64,000 bases of DNA from Promethearchaeota archaeon (GTDB taxonomy: Archaea > Asgardarchaeota > Lokiarchaeia > Sigyniarchaeales > SOKP01), in assembly GCA_048940925.1 (NCBI GenBank), contig JBHLOC010000007.1, positions 56,064 to 120,063 on the forward strand, written 5' to 3'. Numbering within the stretch: the stretch's first letter is position 1; each line of letters begins with the position of its first letter. The translations under genes were made by a program, and so were the position numbers. The notes beneath the pieces were generated by a model. It was not told where the DNA came from. It was given only the letters and a program-made list of their open reading frames with translations, and ran no database searches. Positions 18,502 to 27,975 of the stretch are shown here, piece by piece.

Positions 18502-20082
18502 ATGGTTGATAGAGTAGTACCATATCTAATTAATATGGATGAAGTAACTCCTGTCCGCTCTCAAGCATCATTATTAAATGAATTAGCAATGGCGTTAATT
18601 GAGTGTATATCAATTAATAGTAAAAAACTAAAAAAATTAGGCAAAATATCTAAAATTTCAACAGCATTTTGGCCAGTTCGTTTAGTCCCGTTGAGTGATA
18701 CGAGAGCATGCGTATTTAGTTATCTATTAAACAAACAAGAGAAGTTAAGTGTTGGTAAATGGGCGCAGATGCCTCCAAAACCAGAAAACATTATTAAGGG
18801 AGCAGATCCAGAATCATTTTTAAGCTCATTACAAAATTATAATAATACTTATTTAAAAAAAAGCAAAAATTTTAAACGTGGAACTGTAATACAAGAAGCT
18901 TTATTTAATGCTAGCGAAGTTGAGTATTTTCAGAATTTTTTCTTAAACCAATATAGTTTAGGTTCTCATTCAACACCTTATTTTCTATTAGAAGGTGGAC
19001 CTATCGCAAAAAGTGTAAATCAAACCAAAATTGTTCCAGAAATTATTGAGTTTGTCTCTCAAAAAGATATTGAAATACTTGATAAAATTGAAGACGGTAT
19101 TATGAAATTATGCGAACGGTGGGTTCAAAAAGGCTCTAAGGAGGTTGATAAAATAAGAGATACTAAAGTTGATACAAGTGAAGAAGAAAAGAATTTATCA
19201 ATTCTAAATAAAGAATTGCAAGCAGAAAAAGAAGAAGAAATAGAAAAAACACCAGAAGAACTAGTCAAAATAGGAAAGTACAAGGTAAATGATAAAACTG
19301 GAGAATTAAATAATGATCTTAGCTCACTTAAAAATAGTGTTGATGGCATGAAAAATGCTATTAATCAAAGAGATCTTTTTTTAGTAGAAGAAGGATTAAA
19401 AGAAATTCAACTAAAGTATCAGGAATTAGGAAATTCAATCAGTCGCTACAATACTGAAATTACACAATTAAGAAAAAATATCCAACGTGAGATTTCTGAC
19501 ACTGAAAGAGCAAAACAACAAAGAGTCCGAGAATTAGAACGAAAAAAAGCTGAAGTGGAAAAACAAATAGAAGCTAAACATTCTGGTTTAAGCAGAGATT
19601 TAACTTCCGCAGAAGATATCATAGCAGCTATAAAAATTGAAAAACAATCTTGTTTAGATAATCTTGAATCTGTAAAAGATATAGAAATGACGAATGTTCA
19701 GAATTTCTTTAATAGCTATTCACTTGCATTAAAGACACAAAATGTTATAGTTGGTATCCCGATTTATATCTTCTATTTCGTAGATCCTAATACAAATAGG
19801 ACTACAGAAAGATCTCCTGTACTTCCTATATTGATTGAAAAAGGGAAAACCGTAAGCACTAAAGTTAATGCAAGTTTCAGGCAGAAATTACGAAATCTAA
19901 TGAATAAGGATAATGCAATGATAGATTTGGTTGAAACTCAAGGCGATAAAAATAATATAATGGAAATAAAAAATCTAGACACTCGACTTGAAGATGCAAT
20001 TAATGATTTGCGAATTCGAAAGATATTGAAAAAAGGTCAAGCTGAAACCGCTAAAGATTTAATTGCTAATCTTATCTGGTAA
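18502..20082 (+). CDS. Hypothetical cytoplasmic protein with long central coiled coil
   Basis: Heptad-rich E/K/Q/L region (about aa 190-400) flanked by globular termini (FWPVRLVP; VGIPIYIFYF); no TM and no Walker motifs. Confidence 0.8.
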   Translation: MVDRVVPYLINMDEVTPVRSQASLLNELAMALIECISINSKKLKKLGKISKISTAFWPVRLVPLSDTRACVFSYLLNKQEKLSVGKWAQMPPKPENIIKGADPESFLSSLQNYNNTYLKKSKNFKRGTVIQEALFNASEVEYFQNFFLNQYSLGSHSTPYFLLEGGPIAKSVNQTKIVPEIIEFVSQKDIEILDKIEDGIMKLCERWVQKGSKEVDKIRDTKVDTSEEEKNLSILNKELQAEKEEEIEKTPEELVKIGKYKVNDKTGELNNDLSSLKNSVDGMKNAINQRDLFLVEEGLKEIQLKYQELGNSISRYNTEITQLRKNIQREISDTERAKQQRVRELERKKAEVEKQIEAKHSGLSRDLTSAEDIIAAIKIEKQSCLDNLESVKDIEMTNVQNFFNSYSLALKTQNVIVGIPIYIFYFVDPNTNRTTERSPVLPILIEKGKTVSTKVNASFRQKLRNLMNKDNAMIDLVETQGDKNNIMEIKNLDTRLEDAINDLRIRKILKKGQAETAKDLIANLIW

Positions 20083-20101
20083 ATCTTTTTTTTATTTTTT
20101 T
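20083..20101 (+). terminator. Possible archaeal oligo-T terminator
   Basis: Two long T-runs directly after the stop of 18502..20082. Confidence 0.4.
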
Positions 20102-20165
20102 AAATTTAAGAATTTTAAGGGTTTCTATTTATTTTAAACTCTTTTTTTAAAATATTACATAAATT

Positions 20166-20349
20166 TACAAAATTCTAAGGATAAGACTAGAATTTCATGG
20201 TTTAAAGATTAGATCACTATATTCCAAAAAAATGGACCAAATTTAAAGTTATACGATACTTTAGGAATATTATTTATGAAATAATTGTTCAAAATCCAGA
20301 TCAATTATCAAAAGGGAATAAAAGAATAAAAATAGATAATATTAACTAG
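20166..20349 (+). pseudogene. Remnant of the C-terminus of a GH94 (cellobiose/chitobiose-type) glycoside phosphorylase
   Basis: Hand translation with one frameshift: YKILRIRLEFHGLKI / DHYIPKKWTKFKVIRYFRNIIYEIIVQNPDQLSKGNKRIKIDN*. This matches the GH94 tail pattern ILGIRPxxxGLxIDPxIPxxWxxFxVxRxFRGxxYxIxVxNPxxxxKGVxxIxVDG. Confidence 0.65.
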
Positions 20350-20518
20350 GATAACATTCTTTTGTTAAAAATTGAATAATAATAGTAGCTACTTAGGAGA
20401 CATGGATGCATGTCCATTGAAAGAAAGTTTTAAATATATTTGTTACAGCATTTAACTTAAAACCTTTATTTAATTATAAAAATAATTTGTTTTAAAATTT
20501 AACAATTGGGAGAAATTC

Positions 20519-23047
20519 ATGAAATTAGGCAAAAATTTACTAATTGCAATAATATTAGGTTCATTGTTAATGATAACTAAACCTATATTCAAAGTTAATG
20601 ATAACTTTTGTGATAATAATTATGTTCCAAACACAATGGAAGAGAAGATTTCTACATCAAATATTCCCCCAATACGCACTACTGAACCTCCTCGTGAAGA
20701 AACGGTCTGGATGACAGGAAGTTATAATTCTCCAACTCAATTTCTTCCATGGAGTGCTCAATTACCCCCAGGTGCAGATGCTGGTATGTATGAAGCTTTA
20801 TTCGGTTATAATAGTGTAACTAAGACACTTGTTCCGTGTATAGGTATTAGTTATTCATGGAGTGTAACTGGTAATAGTATTACTATTGATCTAAATCCTC
20901 TTGCTAAATGGTCTGATGGTTCACCTATTCAGGCTGATGATGTAGTTTATAGTTATGAATTAGCCTCAAATCAAACTAGATACAGAAAGGATTTTACAGC
21001 GAGGTTTATTGATCTTGTTGAAGTAGATACGGATACTGTTCGATTTGATATTAATACAACAGCAGGTTATAACTTTAGTAGGCAAGTTGAAATTTGGATT
21101 ATGTATAATATTCCAATTGTACCTAAACATGTATGGTCTCTAATTGTTGCTGATAAGGGTACTAATGATTTTATAGGAATTGGTTATCAATATGATTGGT
21201 TTGATTCAATAGATGTTCCTAACGAATGGAAAGTGATATCTGGACCTTATGCTCCTGTTTATCGAAATGCATCAAAAACTACTTGTGCATATCAGTATAG
21301 AGAGGATTGGTGGGGTGCTGGAATCCTTTACCAAGATCTTCCTAATGCAGCTGAAGATCCACCAAAATATATAGGAACAATTAGATTAACTTCTAATATT
21401 GAACAAAACCTCGCCTTGTTGCAAGGAGATGTTGATTTACATGCGAGTTATTATTATCATATTTGGGAAATCTGGGAAGATGCTACTCCGTCAGATCCTG
21501 GGTATTATATCAGTTGTTGGTATGATCATGATCCCCCTTATCAATTAGCTATTGGCCCTCTTATAACTCTTGCACCCAATCATCTTCTTGCAGATTCTCC
21601 ATTAGGAGTAAAAAATTTCAGAGAAGCCTTAGCTTATGCTATTAATTATACATCTATCCCTGCTGCAGCCGCTTCTGGATATTGGTCAAAATCTAAACCT
21701 GGATATATTGATAATAATAGCGCATTACATGCCCCATATTATAATGGGTCTATTACAGCAAAATATCAAAAATTTTTGAATGTCACTAATGCTATTGTAT
21801 TATTACAGAGCATTCCTGGTATGACAGGATCTGTAGCATCTGGATGGACATATAACGGACATGCTGTTGGACCTTACGAAGCAATTGTTCCTATTGGTTG
21901 GAGTGATGTTATTGCATATACAGAAATGGTTTGTAATGATATTACTGACAACTTAGGAATTACTATTACAGCCACACAAGTTGATTTTGAAACTATTTTT
22001 CAATCTTCGATAGAAAATAATAATTTTGATTTTGCTATATTTCGTGTCGGAAACCGAATATCAGATCCTCCTCAAAGATTTCTTGATTATATGAGAGGAA
22101 CACACTTATGGAACAAAAATGCAACCAATTGGAATAATCCTACATTTGAAGCTCTATGGCAGACGCTTGAAACTGCAAATGAAACAACTTATGCAAAGAA
22201 TCTGAACCTAATGCAAGAAATTTTAGCTGAAGAAGTTCCAGAAATTCCTGGGTTTGTTGATGGATATTGGTATGCTTTTAGTGAATATTTTTGGGAAGGT
22301 TGGGCAAGCGAAGCAAATAAATTTCAACAACTTGTTACAACTTGGACAGATAATCAGTTTGTAATTAAAACAAGATTAATGTTGAACTTAAAATCAATAG
22401 ACCGCAAAAGTCCGATGATTACTATTAATTCACCAAGTGAAAATCAAGTATACGGTGAATTTGCACCAAATTTTAACGTGGAAGTATATGATGCTAATCT
22501 TGATACGATGTGGTACACCATAGATGGAGGATTTACTAACATTACATTTATTACCAATGGAACAATCGATCAAAATAATTGGAGTGCTCAAGTTGACGGT
22601 CCTATGGAGATAATTTTTTATGCAAATGATACATTAGGTCATATAAACTCCAATCAAGTCATAATCAATAAAGATACTACAGTCCCTGAAATAATTATCA
22701 ATTCTCCATCTCCCGATCAAGTATTCAGAGGTAATCCTCCTGAATTCAGTTTATCTATAAATGAAAGTAATTTAGAATCAATTTGGTATACATTAGATAA
22801 TGGATTAGTGAATATTACATGTGAGATATCAGGACAAATTGATCAAAATTATTGGAATGCGCTAAAACCGGGAAGTTATACCCTTAGATTTTATGCTAAT
22901 GATACAATGGGTTATAAAGGATTTTCGGAAGTATCTATTAAGAAAAAAGCAAGGGTAATTTCTGTGTATAATCCAATAATTATATCTATAATTACTGTAT
23001 TGGTAACTATAACTATTAGGTATAAAATAAAGAAAAAATTGAAATAA
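20519..23047 (+). CDS. Family-5 ABC solute-binding protein (oligosaccharide/peptide-binding type) with two Ig-like stalk repeats and C-terminal membrane anchor
   Basis: MYEALFGYN, AKWSDGSPIQADDVVYSY, SGPY, FREALAYAIN and MQEILAEEVPEIP; WYTIDGG...FYANDTLG repeats; C-terminal ISVYNP + TM + basic tail. Confidence 0.85.
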   Translation: MKLGKNLLIAIILGSLLMITKPIFKVNDNFCDNNYVPNTMEEKISTSNIPPIRTTEPPREETVWMTGSYNSPTQFLPWSAQLPPGADAGMYEALFGYNSVTKTLVPCIGISYSWSVTGNSITIDLNPLAKWSDGSPIQADDVVYSYELASNQTRYRKDFTARFIDLVEVDTDTVRFDINTTAGYNFSRQVEIWIMYNIPIVPKHVWSLIVADKGTNDFIGIGYQYDWFDSIDVPNEWKVISGPYAPVYRNASKTTCAYQYREDWWGAGILYQDLPNAAEDPPKYIGTIRLTSNIEQNLALLQGDVDLHASYYYHIWEIWEDATPSDPGYYISCWYDHDPPYQLAIGPLITLAPNHLLADSPLGVKNFREALAYAINYTSIPAAAASGYWSKSKPGYIDNNSALHAPYYNGSITAKYQKFLNVTNAIVLLQSIPGMTGSVASGWTYNGHAVGPYEAIVPIGWSDVIAYTEMVCNDITDNLGITITATQVDFETIFQSSIENNNFDFAIFRVGNRISDPPQRFLDYMRGTHLWNKNATNWNNPTFEALWQTLETANETTYAKNLNLMQEILAEEVPEIPGFVDGYWYAFSEYFWEGWASEANKFQQLVTTWTDNQFVIKTRLMLNLKSIDRKSPMITINSPSENQVYGEFAPNFNVEVYDANLDTMWYTIDGGFTNITFITNGTIDQNNWSAQVDGPMEIIFYANDTLGHINSNQVIINKDTTVPEIIINSPSPDQVFRGNPPEFSLSINESNLESIWYTLDNGLVNITCEISGQIDQNYWNALKPGSYTLRFYANDTMGYKGFSEVSIKKKARVISVYNPIIISIITVLVTITIRYKIKKKLK

Positions 23048-23277
23048 CTACTTCTTAATTCATTCTCTCTTTGCTCAGTATGTTATTTAAATTAATGTTA
23101 AATAAAAGCATAGTAAAAGGGTAATATAAATATTAAGTTATCATATAGTTAATATAATAAATAGTATAATCCAAAAATCAACAAAGTAAAATTAAAAATA
23201 ATTAAGAGAAAAACCAACTGGAATCTAATTTTTTTAGCGAAAATCATAATAAGATACAAACTACAAGTAAAGGAGTA

Positions 23278-24798
23278 ATGAAAAATATGAATATTTCAAA
23301 ATTTTTAATAATAAGAATTGTTTATGGTGTTATTTTGGCATTGTTTATAACACTTGCTTTTTTTCCATACTTTTCTGTAACTTATACATACGGACCACAT
23401 TCTTATACAGAATATTCTTATGGATTTTTTGAATTGCTTTTTGGAGGTTGGGTTGGAATAGGGCTTATTGGTGCATCAGTTATTCTTTTAAATTCACAAA
23501 AAATAATCAAACCAATACTCTTTGGGATTTCTGGATCTGTCATAATATTGATTAATTTGATTATCCGCACTCGCATTCTCGGGATGACTCTCGAATTAAG
23601 TTATTATGTGAGTATTGTATTACTGATTAGTCTATTCGCAATAAACATATTATCATTTGTATATAGAGAAACAAAAGTTGTAGTAAAATTTATTCCAAAA
23701 AAGAAAAGAATTAAGATCGAGGAACCAGAAGAATTAGAAATTGATTGGGAAAAGAGAAAAGAAGAAGAGGCAAAACAAATTTTGAAAGAACTTCAGCTTA
23801 AAATGATAGATGCTGATAATCTAATTAAAGAACAAAAGATAAAAGTAGCACTAAAAAGTTTAAATAAAATTAAAGCAATAGCTAAAAATCATAACTTAAT
23901 TGAGCTTTTGGACGAATCAAAATCAAAAATCATTCAATGTAAAGAATTGGAATCAGAAATAAAGAGGAGAAAAAAACAACTTAAAGTTAAAGGTAAACTT
24001 GAGAAAAGAATATCAAATGTTGAAGTTTTAATCGAAGATTATGAATTAACTAAAGCATTGGAAAATTTAATCGAAATTAAGCAGATAGCAAAAACTAATG
24101 AAATTTCTGATTTATTAGGAATTATTGAAGACAGAATCAGATATTGTAAGAGTTTAGAAACAGATACAGTTAATAGAATCAAAAATACAATTTTAAACTA
24201 TGCAACAAAGCTTACTCGCCTTGAACTTGTAGATATCAGTGAAAAAAGTGGAATAAAAGATGAAAATTTAATTGAGAATGTGATTCTTGGAATGATTAGG
24301 AATAAAGAAATCAATGCTGAATATTTTTCAAGTTCTAAATCAATCGCATTTTATAAAGAGGAAAAAGAAGCAGTTCCTAAGCCAAAACTAAAGGAAGAAA
24401 AAGTTCTTAAAGTTTTCTTAAGTTATTCTACGTTAGATGCTGATCATTTCAGGATCTCTGATATTGTTAATAATTTAGAAGAATTCTCAGAAATTGGAAA
24501 GGTTTCATATTGGCAAGCAGATAGTAAACAAAACATTGTTGAATTTATGGAGGAAACTCTTAAAGATTGCGATGTTTTCGTGCTGTTTTGCTCTGAAAAT
24601 TCAAGAGGATCAAAAGCAGTAAAAGATGAGTGGCAAGCTGCCTTTCAAATGAGGAAAAAGGGATTACTGAAGATTATTCCCGTCTATGAAGAAGAAGAGC
24701 TTATTCCCGTCTTATTATGGCAGATGCTTAACGTTAAATTTACAAAGGATAATTTTGATGGATTTATCCAAAGGCTTTATGAAGAAATTTTAAGATAA
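23278..24798 (+). CDS. TIR receptor 2: about 4 N-terminal TM helices, helical repeats, PCI-like winged helix, TIR
   Basis: Hydrophobic aa 1-128; two copies of a helical unit (ALKSLNKIKAIAK / ALENLIEIKQIAK); RLELVDISEKSGI...MIRNKEINAEYFSSSKSIAF; TIR VFLSYS...SKAVKDEWQAA. Confidence 0.85.
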   Translation: MKNMNISKFLIIRIVYGVILALFITLAFFPYFSVTYTYGPHSYTEYSYGFFELLFGGWVGIGLIGASVILLNSQKIIKPILFGISGSVIILINLIIRTRILGMTLELSYYVSIVLLISLFAINILSFVYRETKVVVKFIPKKKRIKIEEPEELEIDWEKRKEEEAKQILKELQLKMIDADNLIKEQKIKVALKSLNKIKAIAKNHNLIELLDESKSKIIQCKELESEIKRRKKQLKVKGKLEKRISNVEVLIEDYELTKALENLIEIKQIAKTNEISDLLGIIEDRIRYCKSLETDTVNRIKNTILNYATKLTRLELVDISEKSGIKDENLIENVILGMIRNKEINAEYFSSSKSIAFYKEEKEAVPKPKLKEEKVLKVFLSYSTLDADHFRISDIVNNLEEFSEIGKVSYWQADSKQNIVEFMEETLKDCDVFVLFCSENSRGSKAVKDEWQAAFQMRKKGLLKIIPVYEEEELIPVLLWQMLNVKFTKDNFDGFIQRLYEEILR

Positions 24799-24824
24799 AC
24801 TTTATTCATTTTTAATACTTTTAA

Positions 24825-27812
24825 ATGGTAATATTATTGCTTAAGAATAAAAAAAAGAATTTAACACTCTTATTTAGTTTTTTTATCCTATTCATTATCA
24901 TCAATCTTAACAGCCGTTATAATAATTTCAATATACCTGTTAATAAAAATTTTGAAACCGATAAAAGAACTAATTTGAAAGAGCTTAAGACATCAACGAT
25001 CTATTATGAAATTACAATTAACGATCTTCTAACATCTAATACTACAAATATGGGTAATTGGACCTGGGCAAGAACTCAACCTTGGTGTACTCAAGGATCA
25101 GGAACTTCAGAAGACCCTTATGTAATTGAAAACAGCACATTTACAAATTCTTCATTATATGGTGCAGGTCTTAGTATTTATAATTCAAGAAGATATTTTA
25201 TTATCAGAAATTGTACATTTAAAGATGCGCCTTTTGGTATTCATCTTTGGTATGCCACAAATGGGACAATTATTAAAAATAAAATGCATAACAACTGGGA
25301 AGGTATATGGGCAATTAGAAGTGATCAGAATATTATATCAGAAAATAATGTAACCAACAATGGTATTGGCATTCGAATGTGGATGGGATGTGATAATATC
25401 AATATCACTAAAAATATCGTATCAGAAAGCAGTTATCTTGGAATTTATGTGGATTATGGCCACAATTGTCTTATTTCAGAAAATATAGTAAATGACAATA
25501 AAGCTAATATGGGGATTGGTTTATATAATTATAGTTCTAATAATTTGGTTGTAGATAACACTTTAGAGCGAAATGTAGATGGAATTAATATAGGCTGGGC
25601 TTATAATACTACGATTGCTAACAATATTTTGAATGAAAATAATCATACTGGACTTTATATGAAATTGAGTAAAAATATCACAATTTTAGGTAACATTTTA
25701 GAGGATAATAATGTTAGTGGAATTATTTTGGAAAGTGGTAACAATAACACAATTACAGGAAATGTAATAGAACGTAATAACATCAGTGGAATTGAGACTA
25801 TGGGTGGGTTTAATTTTAACCATATCTATGAGAACTACTTTATCATGAATGGAAAACATGCAATTGAGAAAGGATCGAATAATGACTGGAATAGCACTAC
25901 AATTGGTAATTATTGGGATAATTATACAGGTTTAGATCCAGATCAGGATGGAATTGGTAATATCCCTTATAATATTAGTTTATCGCCTTTAATCCAAGAC
26001 CATTTACCAATTGTAGACAATGAACCGCCATTTATAAGAATTGATTCCCCAAAGCCTGGTGATAAATTTAGTTTTAATGCCCCAAGGTTTAGTGTTTCTA
26101 TAATTGGTGAAGATCCTTATTCTATGTGGTATACTTTGGATGGAGGGTTAAACAACTACACATTCACGGAAAATGGTAAAATAGATCAAACAGCTTGGGA
26201 TGCTCTACCCTCAAGTACAATTACTCTTAAATTTTATGCGCGTGATAAACCATGTAATATTGGGACTTCAGAGGTTTCTATAATAAAGGACATCGAAGTT
26301 CCAAACATAATAATTAATTCACCGAGTTCTAATGAAATTTATGGTAATAAAGCACCAAATTTCAAAATTTCCATTGATGATCCAAATTTGGATTCTATCT
26401 GGTATACTTTAGACAACAATCTAATGATTCTAACTTATGAAAAGAATGGTACAATTAGTCAAAATATATGGAATGGATTTGGAAATGGAACTGTTACTAT
26501 CAAATTTTATGCAAATGATACTCTCGGAAATTTAGGTACAGCAGATATTAATATAAGAAAAGACATAATTTCACCCATAATAACAATTAAAAACATTGAG
26601 GAAAATCAACGATTTGGTAAGAAGCCTCCATCTTTTAATGTCTCTATAAATGAACCAAATTTAAACCTAACATGGTATTCAATATATAATGGTACTCAAT
26701 GGTCTCAAGAGATCATTTTTACAGAACTAATAGGCAATATCGATAAAGTATTATGGAAATCATTACCTAAAGGAAATGTAACAATTAGGTTTTACGCTAG
26801 CGACTTAGCAGGGAATATTGGGTTTGAAGAGATCTTATTCATTAAAAGCTATAAAGAAATCCTCTCTCCAACTGGAGTAGTTATTTTAATCACTGTCATT
26901 GCTATTAGTTCTACAGTGGTAATAAGTGGCACGATTGTATGGAAAAAGAAAAAATTCTCAAGGAAATTAAAAGAAGGAGGAAAAATAGAAGATAAAAAGA
27001 TACCTAAAATTAAAAACATAGTCCAAAAAAGAATGATATTAATTGATAACTTAATCCAAGAACAAAAATTAAAGGAGGCGATTAAACATTTAAATCAGAT
27101 TAGAGAGATAGCCCAAATTTATGGATTAAAATACTTATTGGCGAATATCCAAGAAAAGTTAGACGAGTGTAAAAAAATAGAATTAGATACAATTAATTCA
27201 ATTAAAAAAGCAATAAACGATCTAGGAAGGAAAAATCTTCGCTTTCAAATTGTAGAAATTAGTAAAAAAAGTGGTGTTAAAGATGAGAAGATAATAGAAG
27301 ACATAATTCATGAGATGATTAAAAATAAAGAAATTTCTGCTAAATATTATCCAAAGTCTGACACAATCGTATTAAGTCTAATGTTATTTCCTGTATTAAA
27401 GCTTAAAGAAATGAAGGAAATCAACTTGTTTTTAAGTTATTCAACCCTAGATTCAGAATACTTTCAGATACCCAAAATTGTTAGATATTTAGAAGAATAT
27501 CCTGAAATTGGTAGGGTCATGTTTTGGGAAGCTGATAGTAAAGCAAATATAGTAGAATATATGGAAAAGACTTTGAGAATTACAAATGTGTTTGTATTGT
27601 TTTGTTCTGAAAATTCAATGAAGTCTGCTTCTGTAGAAGGAGAATGGCACGCAGCCTATCAAATGAACAAGGAAGGACTTCTAAAAGTTATATCTGTTTA
27701 TGAAGATAAAGACCATATTCCAAGGTTATTATGGCCTTTATCAAATGTTAAATACTTAAAGGAAGATTTTCATGAATTTATTCAAACTCTTTTTAGAGTA
27801 ATTATGGAATAA
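24825..27812 (+). CDS. TIR receptor 3: beta-helix ectodomain, three Ig-like repeats, TM, PCI-like winged helix, TIR
   Basis: WCTQGSGTSEDPYVIEN cap, beta-helix, GNYWDNY..DGIG; three WY...FYAxD repeats; TM GVVILITVIAISSTVVISGTIVW + KKKK; TIR LFLSYS...SASVEGEWHAA. Confidence 0.88.
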   Translation: MVILLLKNKKKNLTLLFSFFILFIIINLNSRYNNFNIPVNKNFETDKRTNLKELKTSTIYYEITINDLLTSNTTNMGNWTWARTQPWCTQGSGTSEDPYVIENSTFTNSSLYGAGLSIYNSRRYFIIRNCTFKDAPFGIHLWYATNGTIIKNKMHNNWEGIWAIRSDQNIISENNVTNNGIGIRMWMGCDNINITKNIVSESSYLGIYVDYGHNCLISENIVNDNKANMGIGLYNYSSNNLVVDNTLERNVDGINIGWAYNTTIANNILNENNHTGLYMKLSKNITILGNILEDNNVSGIILESGNNNTITGNVIERNNISGIETMGGFNFNHIYENYFIMNGKHAIEKGSNNDWNSTTIGNYWDNYTGLDPDQDGIGNIPYNISLSPLIQDHLPIVDNEPPFIRIDSPKPGDKFSFNAPRFSVSIIGEDPYSMWYTLDGGLNNYTFTENGKIDQTAWDALPSSTITLKFYARDKPCNIGTSEVSIIKDIEVPNIIINSPSSNEIYGNKAPNFKISIDDPNLDSIWYTLDNNLMILTYEKNGTISQNIWNGFGNGTVTIKFYANDTLGNLGTADINIRKDIISPIITIKNIEENQRFGKKPPSFNVSINEPNLNLTWYSIYNGTQWSQEIIFTELIGNIDKVLWKSLPKGNVTIRFYASDLAGNIGFEEILFIKSYKEILSPTGVVILITVIAISSTVVISGTIVWKKKKFSRKLKEGGKIEDKKIPKIKNIVQKRMILIDNLIQEQKLKEAIKHLNQIREIAQIYGLKYLLANIQEKLDECKKIELDTINSIKKAINDLGRKNLRFQIVEISKKSGVKDEKIIEDIIHEMIKNKEISAKYYPKSDTIVLSLMLFPVLKLKEMKEINLFLSYSTLDSEYFQIPKIVRYLEEYPEIGRVMFWEADSKANIVEYMEKTLRITNVFVLFCSENSMKSASVEGEWHAAYQMNKEGLLKVISVYEDKDHIPRLLWPLSNVKYLKEDFHEFIQTLFRVIME

Positions 27813-27975
27813 ATCCATTTAATTATAAACATAAATATATTAATTTCAGTATCTTAATCTAGATTTAGATAGTATTGATCAATGTGAAATCTCAAGAAAG
27901 TTAAATGTCTGTTTTTATTCTTATTAATTCAATTTCATACGAAATTATATGGCATTATGAAGGTAGAATAACAAT

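Noticed and set aside
18502-20082. SMC/Rad50-like ATPase or ESCRT-III-like protein
   Set aside because: It has no Walker A/B or signature motifs, and its size and layout do not fit Snf7-family proteins.
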